Shown here: positions 49,690 to 63,740 of the stretch, piece after piece
How the letters are laid out: each line of letters starts with the position of its first letter
Numbering within the stretch: the first letter of the stretch is position 1
Source of the DNA: Isurus oxyrinchus
Taxonomy: Eukaryota
DNA length: 64,000 bases
Direction: 5' to 3'
NCBI GenBank assembly: GCA_026770705.1
Contig: JANJGN010000005.1
Span: 191,952,001-192,016,000, forward strand
Translations under genes and position numbers: made by a program
The notes under the pieces: generated by a model
Database searches by the model: none
Told to the model about the DNA's origin: nothing
What the model saw: only the letters and a program-made list of their open reading frames with translations

Positions 49690-50823
49690 CTTATAAAGAC
49701 CTTCCTGTGTTCTCTGGCGGCCTATTGATGGCTCAGTTGTTAAGACGCCTTCTGCTTCCCTGATGGCAAGGGTGCAACAGAGTTTCTTGGCAGCCTGGTA
49801 TCTGATGCTTCTCCCCTGGAGGAGGATGTGCAGGCGGAGGACAATGTGTCTATAACTCGGATTTTATAGTCAGCGGCAATGGAACGGTCCTCATCATTCA
49901 TTACATTACAGCCGTCCACAAAATTTTCCCAGGCTTTTGAGTGATAGCTTATGATTGTTCGAGAGCTATTTCAGCATGGCACTCTCTGCAGGGGATTTAT
50001 GACGTGTGAACAGAGTAACCAACAGTGTCTCTTCAACCAATCAGACTGTAGAATCCACACTGAGACATGCAGAATCCAAACCATGTTTAGAATTATTATA
50101 TTTAATTCAATATAAACTCATATACAGAAAGTAAAATAAAGAGAAGAAAGAAAGATGGGATTAAGAGAGTAAGAGACAGATTTTTTAAACTCTCCAACAA
50201 TAAATTCTTAAAGATTATGACATGTAAATAGACCTTGACTGCCCTTCCAGAGCATTTCCATCCACTGTATCAATTTGCGATTCCCACACTGCAGGTTGAG
50301 GCTTTTGGAACTAAGTTTTAATTCAGAATGAAGTTCAACTGGTTGTGCTGAGTTTGGATTGAGACTCCACACTTGTGAAATGTAATTTTCAGGGCCTGAG
50401 AGGTTGTTTGTCAGTAAGTAAGATTTATTGCACTGTTAAAAGTTTGCTTACACCTGAATGCACCAATGTTAATGGTTTCAGACATGTTTAGTGGGTAAGT
50501 ACAGAAATTTCAAATCCTTCGATGGATATCAGTGCCAAGCCTCTCGATAAAGTGAAGTGCAGCTTGTGAAGGTGCATGACAAAATGACCAACTTCCGGAT
50601 TTTCATGTTTAACTGCACATGTATAGATGCTGGAAGTTGCTGTCTGATTTACTCCATAATAATGCTGAGCACTGATAGACTCACTGTTATTCCTATCGCA
50701 AAATCAGGTCCTGTGCTTTCAAACACTGCAGTGTATCCAAGATTTTAATGGGGGGAATGGGTGCTCCTGGTGACCTTATGATGATATAGCTTTGATCCAT
50801 CTTTTGAATCTTCCAAAGTCCAG

Positions 50824-51563
50824 GGGCTAAATTTTCCCACCGTTGGGAGGGGGCTTGTGCAGGGCTGGGCGGGAGCAAGTGTGAACCTGATTGCCCACCC
50901 CCCCCACCCCCCAAATTGGGACCGTGCCACCTTTTTACATGGGCAGGCCAATTAAGGCCCACCCAGTGTGATGCACACCCAGAAGCACTGAGCGCTCCCT
51001 GTGCTGGTGAGGGGAGTGGGGATGATGGGATTCCCTGAGTCGGGGCCTGCGTTCTTACGTGCATGCGCGTGAAATAGCACAGAAATCTCCCCGGGGCACG
51101 GAGGTGCCTCAGGGAGATTAGTTTAGGGGTTGAAAAATGTAATAAAGGTGAAATAAAATGTTAGGGACATGTCCCCTCATGTGAACCTGTCACACGAGCT
51201 GATAATGTCCATTAATTTTTTTCAAAAAATTTTATTTAATTTATAAACCCTTCATGAAGCCTCATCCTGGCCGTGGATGAGGTTCCATGAAAAATACGAA
51301 GGCCGCCTGGGCTCTTCGTCTGCCCCCTCGCCAACCTTAAGGCTGGACTCGCAGCTTTCTTAACAGCTTTAATGACTTTGTTAATGGCCTTACTAGGCCT
51401 TTGACAGTTCGCTGGGTGTGCAGCTGACGCGGCTGTGCACCCCCAAACTGACAATCTAAATGACGGGCGGTGACACCGGTACACCTGCCCCATGTCAGCG
51501 GGTGTCATTTTACACATCGGTGAGTAGGCCCCAACCTCGCTCGTCGACAGGAATATTCTTCCC
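50824..51563 (-). mobile_element. Full-length Harbinger-type MITE
   Basis: TIRs GGGCTAAATTTT / AATATTCTTCCC with flanks CAG / CAA. Reverse complement of the 24843 and 45500 copies. Confidence 0.8.
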
Positions 51564-51769
51564 CAAGAGAATCTGAACTGAAACTCAAGCAGACAAATTA
51601 TTCCCTGTATGTCATCCTTACCTATCCATCTCTGCCAAAGTTTAGCCACGGGCTTCACAAACTAATAGACAATCTGAAACTATTAACTCATTTGTTATTA
51701 GTTAATATATTTTAGTTACTTGGATACCCTGTTATGTAAGCAATAAGATACAAAACCTTAAAAGCAAAG

Positions 51770-52870
51770 ACAGGCTTGTATTTCTATTAGCATCTTTCAC
51801 AGCCTGAAGCCATCCGCAGTGTCTTACAGCCTGTTGTTTTTTTTTAAAGATGATGTCACTTTTGTAATCTAGGTAAATCTGCAGCCAATTTGTGCACAGC
51901 AAGCTCCCACAAACAATTATGCAATAATGGCGAGGTCACCTGTGTTTTAGTAGCATTGGTTGAGGGATAAATGTTGGGCAGAACATTAGCAGAACGCCTC
52001 TGCTCTTCCCTGAATAGTCTCATGAAATCTTTCACATCTACTGAAGATGATGAATGCAGTTCTAATGTCACTGGACTAGTAATCCAGAGGCCCAGGCTAA
52101 TGCTCTGGGGATATGTGTTCAAATCCCACCACGGTAACTGGTGGAACTTAAATTCAATTAATAAACCTGGAATATAAAGCTTGTTTCAGTAATGGTGACT
52201 CATTGATCATTGTAAAAAAAAACCCACCTGGTTCACTAATCTCCGTTAGGGAAGGAAAACTGCCATCCTTACCTGGTCTGGCCTACATGTGACACCAGAC
52301 TCACAATATTGTTTCAATGGAAAGAAACTGATCATGAAGCTCATGTATAGCCAAAACTGTGACAATGTTGTGGCTTTGGAAAGGGCACAGAAAAGATTTA
52401 AGAGAATGGTTCCAGGGATGAGGGACTTCAGTTACAAGGATAGATTAGAGGAGCTGGGGCTGTTCTCCTTAGAGAAGAAAAGGTTGAGAAGAGATTTGCC
52501 AGAAGTATTCTAAATCATGAAGGGTAAGGGCAGTGGAGAGGGAGAAATTGTTCCCGATAGCAGAATGGGCAGGAATCCAGACACACAAATTTAAAATAAT
52601 CGCAAAAGAACCAAGGGTGACATGAGGAAAAGCTTTTCTACACGGAGAGCGGTTAGGATCTGGAATGCACTGCCCGCGAGTGTGATGGAAGCAGATTTAA
52701 TCAAGGTCTTTAAAATAGAATTGGATAAGCACCTGACAGGAGAGAAATGCGCAGGGCTAAATGGGAAAAGACAGGAAGTGAAATTAGCTGAGTTGCTCTT
52801 GCAGAGAGCTGGCACAAACTCAACAGCCTGAATGGCCACTTTCTGCACTCTAACTATTTATGATTCCATG
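51770..52870. mobile_element. Retroposon cluster: Deu-SINE (51770-52045, -), SINE B (52060-52305, +), CR1 3' end (52365-52870, +)
   Basis: Each matches other copies in the window. CR1: ALERAQKRFKRMVPGMRDFSYKDRLEELGLFSLEKKRLRRDL...RAVRIWNALP. Confidence 0.8.
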
Positions 52871-53807
52871 AATATTTTGGAAGTTGCTCTCACATCCCAA
52901 CTGAACAACCTGAACAAAGAAGTAGATGAAAAAGCAGTTCATTAAAAAATATTCTTATTAAAAATAGGGAGGAAAGCTAGAGAGTACATCAGTTAGAAAA
53001 AGAGTAGAATGAAAGTTAAAATTAAAAAAGGGAACAGAGAGAATATTTCAAGTTTATAGCCAATATTAAAGTGATAAAGCCATTCCTAGCAATTCCCTAG
53101 TAAAGTTCTATTCTTGTCAGAGACTCACGGAACTGACAGGGCTTTGGTGCAAGGGTTAAACTTAATAAATTAACCAGTAGACAACCATCATTTCAGTAAA
53201 AAAAAAACACAGCAGTGTGATTGTTACACTGTAAAAAGAGCAGTATTCTATGTGGTGGGACTGTCATTCCATTTGATATAGTATTTATGATGACAGTTTT
53301 ATACAATGCAATTTGGATATCAGAGTGATGAAAATATGCTGACTGGCAGAATCTCCCATTACACTATCCACAGAAAGTTTGGCTTGAGCATCTGTTCGTA
53401 TCATAAAACTACGCATATGTGATGTTAAGGCAATCCGTCACATGAACACAGCTTTGTGCTTGTAAATTAGACAGTAAAATATCTCATCTGTTCATGTGCA
53501 CTTTGTAAAATAAGTTGTAAATTTTAAAACCAATGTTGCCCTTGAATGTGGACAGATGTTTCTCAGACAATGTTTTGTAGACTATTTAAAACAAATAGTG
53601 ATCTCAATTTGAAATATTAAAGAGCAATGTAAAATCGGTTTTTATATATTATTATTAAGCAAGTGGACACCAGGGTAAATTGATTCACATTTTATAACTC
53701 CATCTAGCAGCTTAATTCTCAACCTTTGTAGGAATTTATACTTCAGAATAACAGTTTTAAAACATTTTTTTTCAAATTCTAGTCATCAGCAAACAAATTA
53801 CAATATT

Positions 53808-54170
53808 AGCCATGGTTCAGTGAGTAGCACTCTTGCCTCTGAATCAGAATGCTGTGGGTTCAAGTCCCACTCCAGAGACTTGAGCACTTAATCTAGACAG
53901 ACAATCCCCGATTCAGTACTGAGAGAGTGCTACGCTGTCTGAAATGTTGCCTTTAGAAGAGGAATTAGACCAAGGCCCAGTGTGCTCTCTCTTGTGGACA
54001 TGTGGTACTACTGAAGAAGAGCCAGGAAATGTTCATATTGTTGTCTGTGGGATCTTGCTGGGATAAAATTGGCTGCTGTGTTTCCTATGTTACAACTCTG
54101 GCTACACTTTAAATATACTTCTTTGGCTGTAAAACGCTTTGAGATGTTCTGAGGTCACGAAGTGTAAGTT
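53808..54170 (+). mobile_element. Deu-domain SINE with clear tRNA-derived head
   Basis: A box TGGTTCAGTGAG and B box GGTTCAAGTCC, internal deletion, SINE tail. Confidence 0.8.
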
Positions 54171-55439
54171 CCCTATTATTAACAATTTTTGCCTGAAGGA
54201 TTTAAGCAGGAATGCATTAGCCTGATTATACACCAGTGACATTAAAAATAGAATTCCTACTGAAATCTAATTACTGCATATTGACTATGCAGTAAAGCAG
54301 CATTATTTTGAATACTGGGCTAGTGAAAGTAAGATACTTACACTTTGAAAACACTTAGAATGCAATTGAAAGAGCACTTTATTTTAAACCAATTGTTTCT
54401 TTGTTAAACAATTGAACATATCAGTAGAATAAACATGATACATTAGAATAAGGCATTAAATACTTGCATTAAATAGGTCAATATAAATTTAATACTTATA
54501 CAGTAATGTAATTGGTAGAGCTAATCATTGTTCATAACCTGCACAGGTTATATGGGTTCAGTGTCATTGGAAGGGGCTTGTATAGTTAATCTGCCAATGC
54601 AGATATCAAGACACAAGGACCAGGAATCACAAACAAGTTTAAATCTGTTTCATTCCTCAAACAATCTCCATCATAAGAAAGAAGATGTGGGCCCAGGGAG
54701 TGCTGAGTAAGTGTCCAGTTGCAGCTCCTCTGATGGAAGGAGCTTAGCGCCAGGGCAGAAGAGGCACATGGGAATAGAGAAGACGGAGGTCCTGTACATC
54801 AAAGTTGAGAGGCTGAGCTAAGAGTTGAGATGTCTGGGTGAGGATCTAATCTGCAGGATACTAGCTGCAAGCTGTAGGGGAGAAACAATGTACAAGGAAT
54901 TGGAGAGTGAACACAATGTGGTTAAACAGGAAGAGGAGTAGCTTCAAGAAGCAAGACTTATTAGAGGGAGGAAAATGTTGTGAATTATGTTTTGAGGATT
55001 CCTTACATAATTTTGTTTTTAATTATTATTGAATAATTCTCCTTTTAGGGAGACAAATCTTGGTAACCAGGTTTCTCCATAAAAGAAGCCACACAAGACT
55101 CACCCAAAGTCCTCAAAACCCTCACTCTACAATTATTGTCTCTAGCTAGTGGGACACACAAGAGGCAATGAGATGGAGCGTAACCCAAACCAGCTGGAGA
55201 ATGACCTAACTAGAATGGAGTGACACAACAGACATTTAGCACAAGTTTTTTCTTGTTGCAAGTGGCATATTTTTGTCATTGTATTTTTTGATGAATTCTG
55301 TGTACAGCCAGTGAAATTTGACTTCTTTGATTATTTAAAGACCATGAAGAATGTACAGCCCTAGTCATTGGTTTGTGTTTTAAGAACAATTGGATTTTAT
55401 CTATCAAAACAAATCTATATACTTAAGTTTAAGATAACA

Positions 55440-55445
55440 TTTATT
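55440..55445 (-). terminator. Candidate poly(A) signal AATAAA of the TMEM74 3' UTR
   Basis: Plus-strand TTTATT at 55440-55445 ends an AU-rich, UTR-like stretch about 1.46 kb downstream of the stop. Other candidates lie at 55868-55873 and 54378-54383. Confidence 0.4.
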
Positions 55446-56199
55446 TGCATATTAGTTGTGACAAAGAACAGCGATGTATAATTACAGTTTAGGAACAAAA
55501 TGGCACACTGATGGTACAGTCCTGCTCAACTAGCAATGACTTTTCTGGAGTAAGTGGTGTAAAATATGTATAGAAAACACAATCAAATGTATTCAAGATC
55601 CCTTTTAATATCAGTTGCAATTCTGGTGGATTGGAATGGTTAACCTGCAGCTATTTCAGCAGAGGTACTACAGACACTTGCGGGGTTGTGAATATCTCAA
55701 ATCAGTGGTGCACAAACTACACTCAGAAAACCAGACTTCACAATTTGTTAAATGAATTATAGAATCTCACAACTCAGAAAGTGGCCATCAGGCCCATCAT
55801 ATCGCATGTAGGAGTTTGAAAGAGTTATCCAATAAATGGCTTACTATCACTAAGTAATCATGTGGCTTTTATTTTATATAAATCAAGATTTCATAAAATG
55901 TTGGAGAGTTATTGATTTTCAGTTGGATTAGACCAAGGCACCATAGTTAAATGTATGTAAATGTGTGGGGGTTTGGGGAGATCCACAGCAAATAACTCAT
56001 TGATTCTCTCCACCCCTCAACTGCTGTGTGTTCTCAGCATTTCCTTTTTCTACCAGAGTTATATGTACTTGATGAATGAAACATTTTTGATTTTCTTTAA
56101 AACACAAATAAATGAAAAATTCTAAATGACAACAAGAGGAAATAACCTTTCCTTTTTAAAAAAAAAATGGAAAGGCTTACAAAATTTGAATTTAGAATT

Positions 56200-56596
56200 A
56201 ACGAGAAATTTGGGTGATGATCTAATTGAGGTAAAATTCGTAAATGATTTGATAGGGTTTATATAGAGAAACTATTTCCTTTGATGGGGGAATCCAGGAC
56301 ACAATGGGACAGAACCTTCAAATTAGAGCTAGGTCCATATGGGATAGAGATCAGGGAGCACGTTTTTACACAAAGAGGAATGGAAATCAGGAACTCTCTC
56401 TCTCTCATAAAAGGCTTAGGATGCTGGGGGTCAGCTGAACTCTTCAAGAATGCCAGGAGTTTTTTAATATCAGGGAAGGGTTTGAAGAGATGGGGATCAA
56501 AAGCAGTAATGGAGTTGAGGTAAAGATCAGCCATGGCCTATTTAAATGGTGGAAGAGGCTTGAGGGATTGGATAACCTCCTATTCCTGTCTTCCTA
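56200..56596 (+). mobile_element. CR1 3' fragment, antisense within the putative TMEM74 3' UTR
   Basis: EKLFPLMGESRT...IREHVFTQRGMEIRNSL plus the tail GATCAGCCATG...CCTCCTATTCCTG. Confidence 0.75.
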
Positions 56597-56908
56597 AAAA
56601 CAGACCAGACAGTATAAACTAACAAGAATAACATCAACACCTGCTGGGAGTGGAGCAGATTACTGGATTGCGAATCATTTCAAAGTTTAGAAATTGATAT
56701 AGTGACATGGTCTAGAGATATTCACTCAATCTGGATGAGAGGATGCGATGAGCTTTGCTCAGGACTACTCGTTTTGTCTTTCCTACTTTTCCTTACAGAA
56801 GACCAGAGGAGTGGGATGTTGTGGTTATTTCACAGTCGAAAGTTTTAGAATATTAACCTCTGTGAGGAATAAATTAAATATGTTTGAAGATTACAACATA
56901 CAATACCA

Positions 56909-57862
<954 letters not shown>

Positions 57863-57904
57863 CTATACAGGGAGACTCACAGCCCTCCATCGGTTCGGGA
57901 CTGA

Positions 57905-58825
57905 CTGCAAAATAAACCCTCAGGCAGCGCCGGCTTCCGGGGAGACCGTTAGCACCAGAATGTCTCCATGAAGCACAAAGTCAGCATCAATGCCTCCCCC
58001 ATCTCTCTCTCTGCTCCTGTCGCTTGTCACTGGAACATAAGTAATCCTCTGGCTGTGGGGAAATAGCTGTTAGCGGCGGGGCTGGTGTTAAATTGAGAAT
58101 TAACTGATTGGACACGTCTATCTGTTGATTTAAAAAAAAAGACAAGTTCATCAGAATAATCGGGTAATATCGAAAACTCACACAGATCCTTCACTTAAAG
58201 TGTGTCGCCACTAAGGACAAGAGGCAGCGGGCGCTCTGGATTTAACAGGATTCGAACTTGTATCAAGATCGCAGCCGTGGTTGGAAAAAAAAAGAGAAAC
58301 CTCATTCCCATGATCAGTCCGCTTTAAATCCTTTACAACAGCGGATAGAAACCATTAGCATGAAATCAAATTAGTTCTGGGCAGCAGATGGTGTTCTCCC
58401 TCTCACTCCTCTTAAACCGTGTGTTTGCAATGAGCTGGGTTTTAAACCTCGAAGCAAAGCAATTTAGATGTAGAAATACATCAGAAAATTAAGGGCTGAA
58501 ACTTTTCCCATCCTGCCACACAGAGCAAAATGTTTTTTTTATATATATGGAATTGTTACCCAATCAAAGGCGATAAAGTTCAAACCAACGCCCAACCTGC
58601 CTCTGCCAAGAACTCTTCTGCCAGAAACAAACATCTTGTAGTTTACTGACACGCTGCCTGGATTTATTCAGCTCTCTCCCTCTCTCTCTCTCTCTCTTTC
58701 TCTCTCTCTGCCTCCGAAGAACAGGAAAGAGTGAAAACATCTTTGAAAATAATTAGCACCGATCTCGCAATCGCACCAGCGAAGAGAATGCAACCAGAGC
58801 CAGCAACGCTCTTCCCCTGACATAC
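57905..58825 (-). other. Putative 5'-UTR intron of the TMEM74-family gene
   Basis: Minus-strand donor GAG|GTATGT (exon ends 58826) and acceptor GGTTTATTTTGCAG|TCAG (exon starts 57904). Mammalian TMEM74 is recalled to have a non-coding first exon. Splice use is inferred; an alternative acceptor CTGTATAG|GTG exists at 57863. Confidence 0.45.
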
Positions 58826-59100
58826 CTCCTCCAGCCTTTTGTGTGATATTTTGCTCCCGGCTTGTCCTCCTCAGTGTAATTGGGAGTGGAGCAGTGTCTG
58901 ATCAGCAGCACCCTCCTCGCTCTCGGCTGCTCCGCTAACATTCTGGACCTGATGATGTGTCAATCCTGGACTCGCAGCGGAAACTCGGGGCTCCAGATCT
59001 CCAGCAGGCCGAGCACTCTGGGAACTGGAGTCTCACCATTCCGCATACCAAAGCCCTCCCTTCCTGTCTGTGTAGCAAACTACACCTGGATTCACTGCTT
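58750..59100 (-). promoter_or_regulatory. Probable first non-coding exon / promoter region of the TMEM74-family gene
   Basis: Repeat-free and locally CpG-richer than the flanks, directly upstream of the GTATGT donor. No TSS can be fixed from sequence. Confidence 0.35.
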
Positions 59101-59219
59101 CAAGCCAGAAGCAGCTTTCAAAACCAGCTTGGATCTCATATTAAACACGTGCACAACCATTACTTGATATAAAGAAAGATTTCGATGCAGGAAGAAGCCT
59201 CGCCATCCCATGTCGTTCT

Positions 59220-61005
59220 ATCACAGAACGGTTACAGCCCAGAAGGAGGCCACTCGGCCCATTGTGTCTCTGCCGGCTCTCTGCAGGAGCAATTCACCTA
59301 GTCCCACTCCCTCGTCCTCCCCACCGCCCCCCGCCCCATTGCTCTACACATTTTCTCTTCAGGTGTTTATGCAACTCCCTTTTGAAAACCACAACGGAAT
59401 TTGCCTTCACAATTTTCCAATGGTTGAGCCAGTGTTTTATAAACATGCGACATTGTTTGTGCACTCTATTTATGCCCCTCTTTGTACATCCCAGGGTCCT
59501 TTATGCCTTTTTTCGTCACTTTCCCAATCTGCCCTGCTACTTTCACTGATTTGCACACATAAACCTCCAAGTCTCCCTGCACCTGCACCCTGTTCAGAAA
59601 TGTACCCTTCATGTTATATTGCCTCTCCTCAATCTTCCCACCAAAATCTATCATTTCACACTTCTCTGCATTAAATTTCACCTGCCACTTGCCCATCCAT
59701 TCCACCAGCCTATGTCCCCTTGAAGTTTTGGACTATTCCACTCACAGTTCACAATACTTTGAAGTGTAATAACATTTGCAAATCTTGAATTTGTGTCCTG
59801 CACACCCAGGTCTAGGTCATTACTATATATCAGGAAAAGCAGTGAGACTGACGCCAACCCCTGGAGAAGTTGTTCAACGCTAATCTGTTTTCTATCACTC
59901 AGCCAGCATTATATCCATGTTGCTGCTTCACCTTTTATACAACCAATGAAGTACCTTTGAAGTATAGTCACTGCTGTAATTCAGGAAACTTGGTGGCCAA
60001 TTTATAAACAGTAAGATCCCACAAGAAGCAATGTAATAAATGACCAGATAATCTGGTTTGGTGCTGGGGACAGATATTGTCCAGGGTACCAGGGAGAACA
60101 CACCTCCTATTTTTTTTAACACTGCCATGGGATCTTTTGCATCCACTATGAGAAGGCTTGGCTTAATGTCTCACCTGAAAGACAGCATCTCAGGCAGTGC
60201 AGCACTCCCTCAGTGCTGTCCGAGAACACCAGCCTAGATTTTGTGTTCAAGTCTCTGAGGTTAGTCAGGAATCCACAACTTTTGACTCAGAGACATTGAA
60301 TATGAAATGACATGTTAACATGTATAAAATATACTTTTTTAAATTTAGTAGTTTTATATGTATGGGTGTTCTTTGATCAAGCTTCTCTTACATTGAGTCT
60401 AATTTGGAAATAATACAATAAAACCAGGAACTTTTTCACAACTATACATCATAAAGTAAAAGCCAAATACTTCAAATGCTGGAAACCTGAAATAAAAACA
60501 GTAAATGTTGGAAAATCTCAGCAGGTCAGGCAGCATCTGTGGAGAGAGAAACAGAGTTAAATGTTCGAATCAAATATGATCCCTCTTCGGAGCTGAGGGA
60601 GAGTCAAACTAGACTCTCTCTTTCCATAGAATTGACCCTATTTGCTATCCCATTAATGAAATGTTTGCATTTCTATAGCACCTCAGGGAGTATTGTTGAA
60701 CTGTAGTCACTTACAATGCAGGAATTACCCCCAATGTGGGCACAGCAATGTCTCACAAGGAGTAATCTGACCAAACAATTTGTTTGGTTTTCACTGAGAG
60801 ATGAACACTGGCCAGATCTCCTTTACTCATTCTTTGAAATAGCGTAATGAAATCAATGTTTTACATCCATCTGACAAGGCAGGACTCCCTCAGCAGTCCA
60901 CTGGGTGCATTAACTTATGTTTTCATGCTGAAATCCTGCAGCAGGACTTGAACTTACAGCTTTACTGACTCAGAGGTGAGAGTGCTACCCTTGAGCCACA
61001 GATGA
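59220..61005 (-). mobile_element. Cluster: CR1 (59220-59925), Deu-SINEs (59930-60300, 60660-61005), PLE tail (60455-60600)
   Basis: CR1 RT C-terminus EWMGKWQVKFNAEKCEMIDFG...GDLEVYV and GLASVSLLFLIYSNDLDLG; SINE and PLE tails match other copies. Confidence 0.75.
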
Positions 61006-62175
61006 TTCCAAGGATGGCTCTGGATGCGGTTTTCCTTGAGTAGTCAAGCTTTCATCCACATTGTGATGAAACTGATGTATCAAAAATTGCCTATGTTATC
61101 TGGCGGGGGAGGGGAGGGTGGGGGGGTATCACTGCTCTCCCATCTCTGCTGGAGATTGATGATACAACCCTAACCATGATGGAGCCTTTAAAGAGGACAG
61201 GAGCACACCTTAAACGTCAAGGGGTTTCCTTCAATCAATACAGGCACTGCACTGTTAAAGCTGTGAGGAGGGATTGATGGGATCATTTGATCACATGATC
61301 TTTTACCATCTGTGCCTTGGGTTTTCATCATCTCATGCGTTGAATCAACTGCTGAAACGGGTTGATATCTGCTCCCTTTGTCGTGGTCAGTTAAACTGGG
61401 AAGAAGCGCAATGTCCACCCCTTTGATAATGTCCTGTCAATATAGCACCTTTACCTTTCTCAGGGGGAGTTATAGTTACTAAAGCGATCCCTAGCATTTT
61501 GCCATCGCAGTGCATTCACTTATTCTGGAATGCAAACGTACTATCCCCATTGTGCTGTTTTATATTCGACACATAACATGGAAATGCATTATTTCACGAG
61601 AGTACAGTGTGCAGTTTTCTAAGAGAATGCTAATGTGCAATAATGACTATTTTTACAGTTAGTGTCACGGCTAATACTACACGGTATAACAGATTATGTG
61701 TCGGCAGCAATAATCTCAGACCTCTCTTAGATTTCATTTTCATCTTCTAGCTAGCGAGAAATGTTGTATACCATTTCATTCCCTGTCTGGTGAAACCCAT
61801 CGCTACATCAAACTGCCATTTCATGGCAACAGCGAACTAGAGAAGTTGAAATGAGAGAAGTGGCCTGTCACGCCAAATGAATCTTATCAACACTTCAGAT
61901 CATACTAAACTCCCGCCGATGTTAGTCCTCCTTCAGCATCCAACCGCAGTTACAGAGCATTTCTGAGAATGAATTGCAGGATACCGAGAACTCGGTGAGA
62001 CTCGAAAGACTCAGTCTGTCAGTGATAGGTTCTCACTTACACACACTGTGGGATGGCAAAATTGCGTTAGTCCTGTGCAAGCATTTGTTTATTCCCCACA
62101 GGTGCTTTGATGGTAATTACTGAGAAATTACTCACTGACCCCTAATGTATTAAACTTCTGGTCAAAGCTTAATCT

Positions 62176-62630
62176 CAAACGTTAACTCTGTTTCTCTCCC
62201 CACAGAGGCTGCCAGACCTGCTTAATCTTTCCAACATTTTCTGCTTTTATTTCAGATTTCCAGCATCCACAGGATTTGGCTTTTGTGTAGGTTTCCAGCA
62301 TTCTAAAGGATGAATAATAACCTTGTGTAGAGGGACAGCTGTCATACCATGCTAGGCAGAAAGCACTCTCCCAGTGCATAAAGTATTTTGATAGTGAAAG
62401 TGTTTCCACTGGCAAGAGTGAAGTTCGGCACAAAAGCCAAAGGAAAGATGTGGAGAAATTCTTAAAAGCAGCAGTGAGTAATGATAATCCGAATGTGTTG
62501 TCCGAAAGGACAGTAAAAGCAGATTCAATAGGAACTTTCAAAAGGCAATTGGATAAATACTTGAAAAGGAATAAATTGCAGGGCTCTGAGGGAAAGGGGA
62601 CTAATTGGATAGCTCTTTCAAGAGCAAGGA
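62176..62630 (+). mobile_element. PLE tail (62176-62285) and CR1 3' fragment (62395-62630)
   Basis: AAACGTTAACTCTGTTTCTCTCCCCACAG...; KADSIGTFKRQLDKYLKR. Confidence 0.7.
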
Positions 62631-63224
62631 CAAAAAGAGAGGACATGTTGGGGGGAGTGCATTTGTGAAGCAGCCCATCAGGACTCACTGCTGCCCAATG
62701 CAGAATGAATAAGACAGACATGCCTGAGCAGGCGCAGCCAACAGCATGAATAGTGACTGTAGCTCAACAGTTATTGAATGGGGAATCAACCAGTATCCAA
62801 CTCTTGGTCAAGAGTTAACAGCCAGACACTGATACTAATTCAAGTGAAAGTCAGCAACCTACTGAATTTCTTTTGTTACTGAATCCTTGCAGATACCAAC
62901 AGAAGACATCACCACATTGGATCACAGAGGGAAGCGATAATCTGTTTTGACAGAGTTGCTGTTACTGTTAATCCTGCACTGCATAATACATTCTGTGTCT
63001 GCAGCAATGATCCTAGGCCTCTTGATGATCCCAAGTTACAACTTCGATTTGACTAACAAATAAGGGTCATCATAGTCCAAACAGTGCCTGAACATTTCTA
63101 GACCCTCATTTCTTAATCAAATATGACAAAAAGTGTTTCCAATTCCTGTGCCTGCATGTTATCTATTCCAGTTGAGTGTAAAGTTTCGAAGAATGGATAT
63201 AATCAGGGAAGAATGAACTGGCTG

Positions 63225-63740
63225 GGGCTTGTAGTCTTTAAAATGATGAAATGTTTTGAGAAGATAAATGTGGAGACATGGAGGAGCCCAAAACTAGAGA
63301 GGCCTTGAGAAAAATAAATCAAACCAGAAAATGCTAGAAATACTTAGAAAGTCTGGCTACACCTGTGGAGGGAAAGAGTTAATCTAGCAGAACTATGACC
63401 TTTCATCAGAGCTGGGAAAAGTTAGAAATGTAATAGTTTTTGAGCAAGTGGTTATAAATATTACGCAGTCTAATAAATCTACTGGGAAATTCAGAAGGAA
63501 CTTCTTTACCCAGAGAGCGGTGAGAATGTGGAACTTACTACCACCGGGAGTGGTTGAGGTGAACACTATAGATACATTTCAGGGGAAACTGGATAAACAC
63601 ATCCAGGAAAAAGGAATAGAAGGACATGTCAATAGAGTGAGATGAAGTGGGGTGTGAGAAGGCTCATGTGTAGCATAAGCACCAGCATGGACTGGTTGGG
63701 CTGAATGGCCTGTTTCAGTGTTTGTACATTCTATGTAACA
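63225..63740 (+). mobile_element. CR1 3' end interrupted by a minus-strand PLE tail (~63310-63445)
   Basis: FRRNFFTQRAVRMWNLLP...DTFQGKLDKHI and the tail GGGCTGAATGGCCTGTTTC. The PLE piece retains CTGATGA-A-AGGTC. Confidence 0.75.

Noticed and set aside
53808-53878. tRNA-like sequence with A and B boxes
   Set aside because: It is the head of a SINE and continues into the Deu-SINE body; no complete cloverleaf.
58880-59167. 95-aa plus-strand ORF divergent from TMEM74
   Set aside because: Non-ATG start and no recognisable domain. The region is better explained as the TMEM74 leader/promoter.
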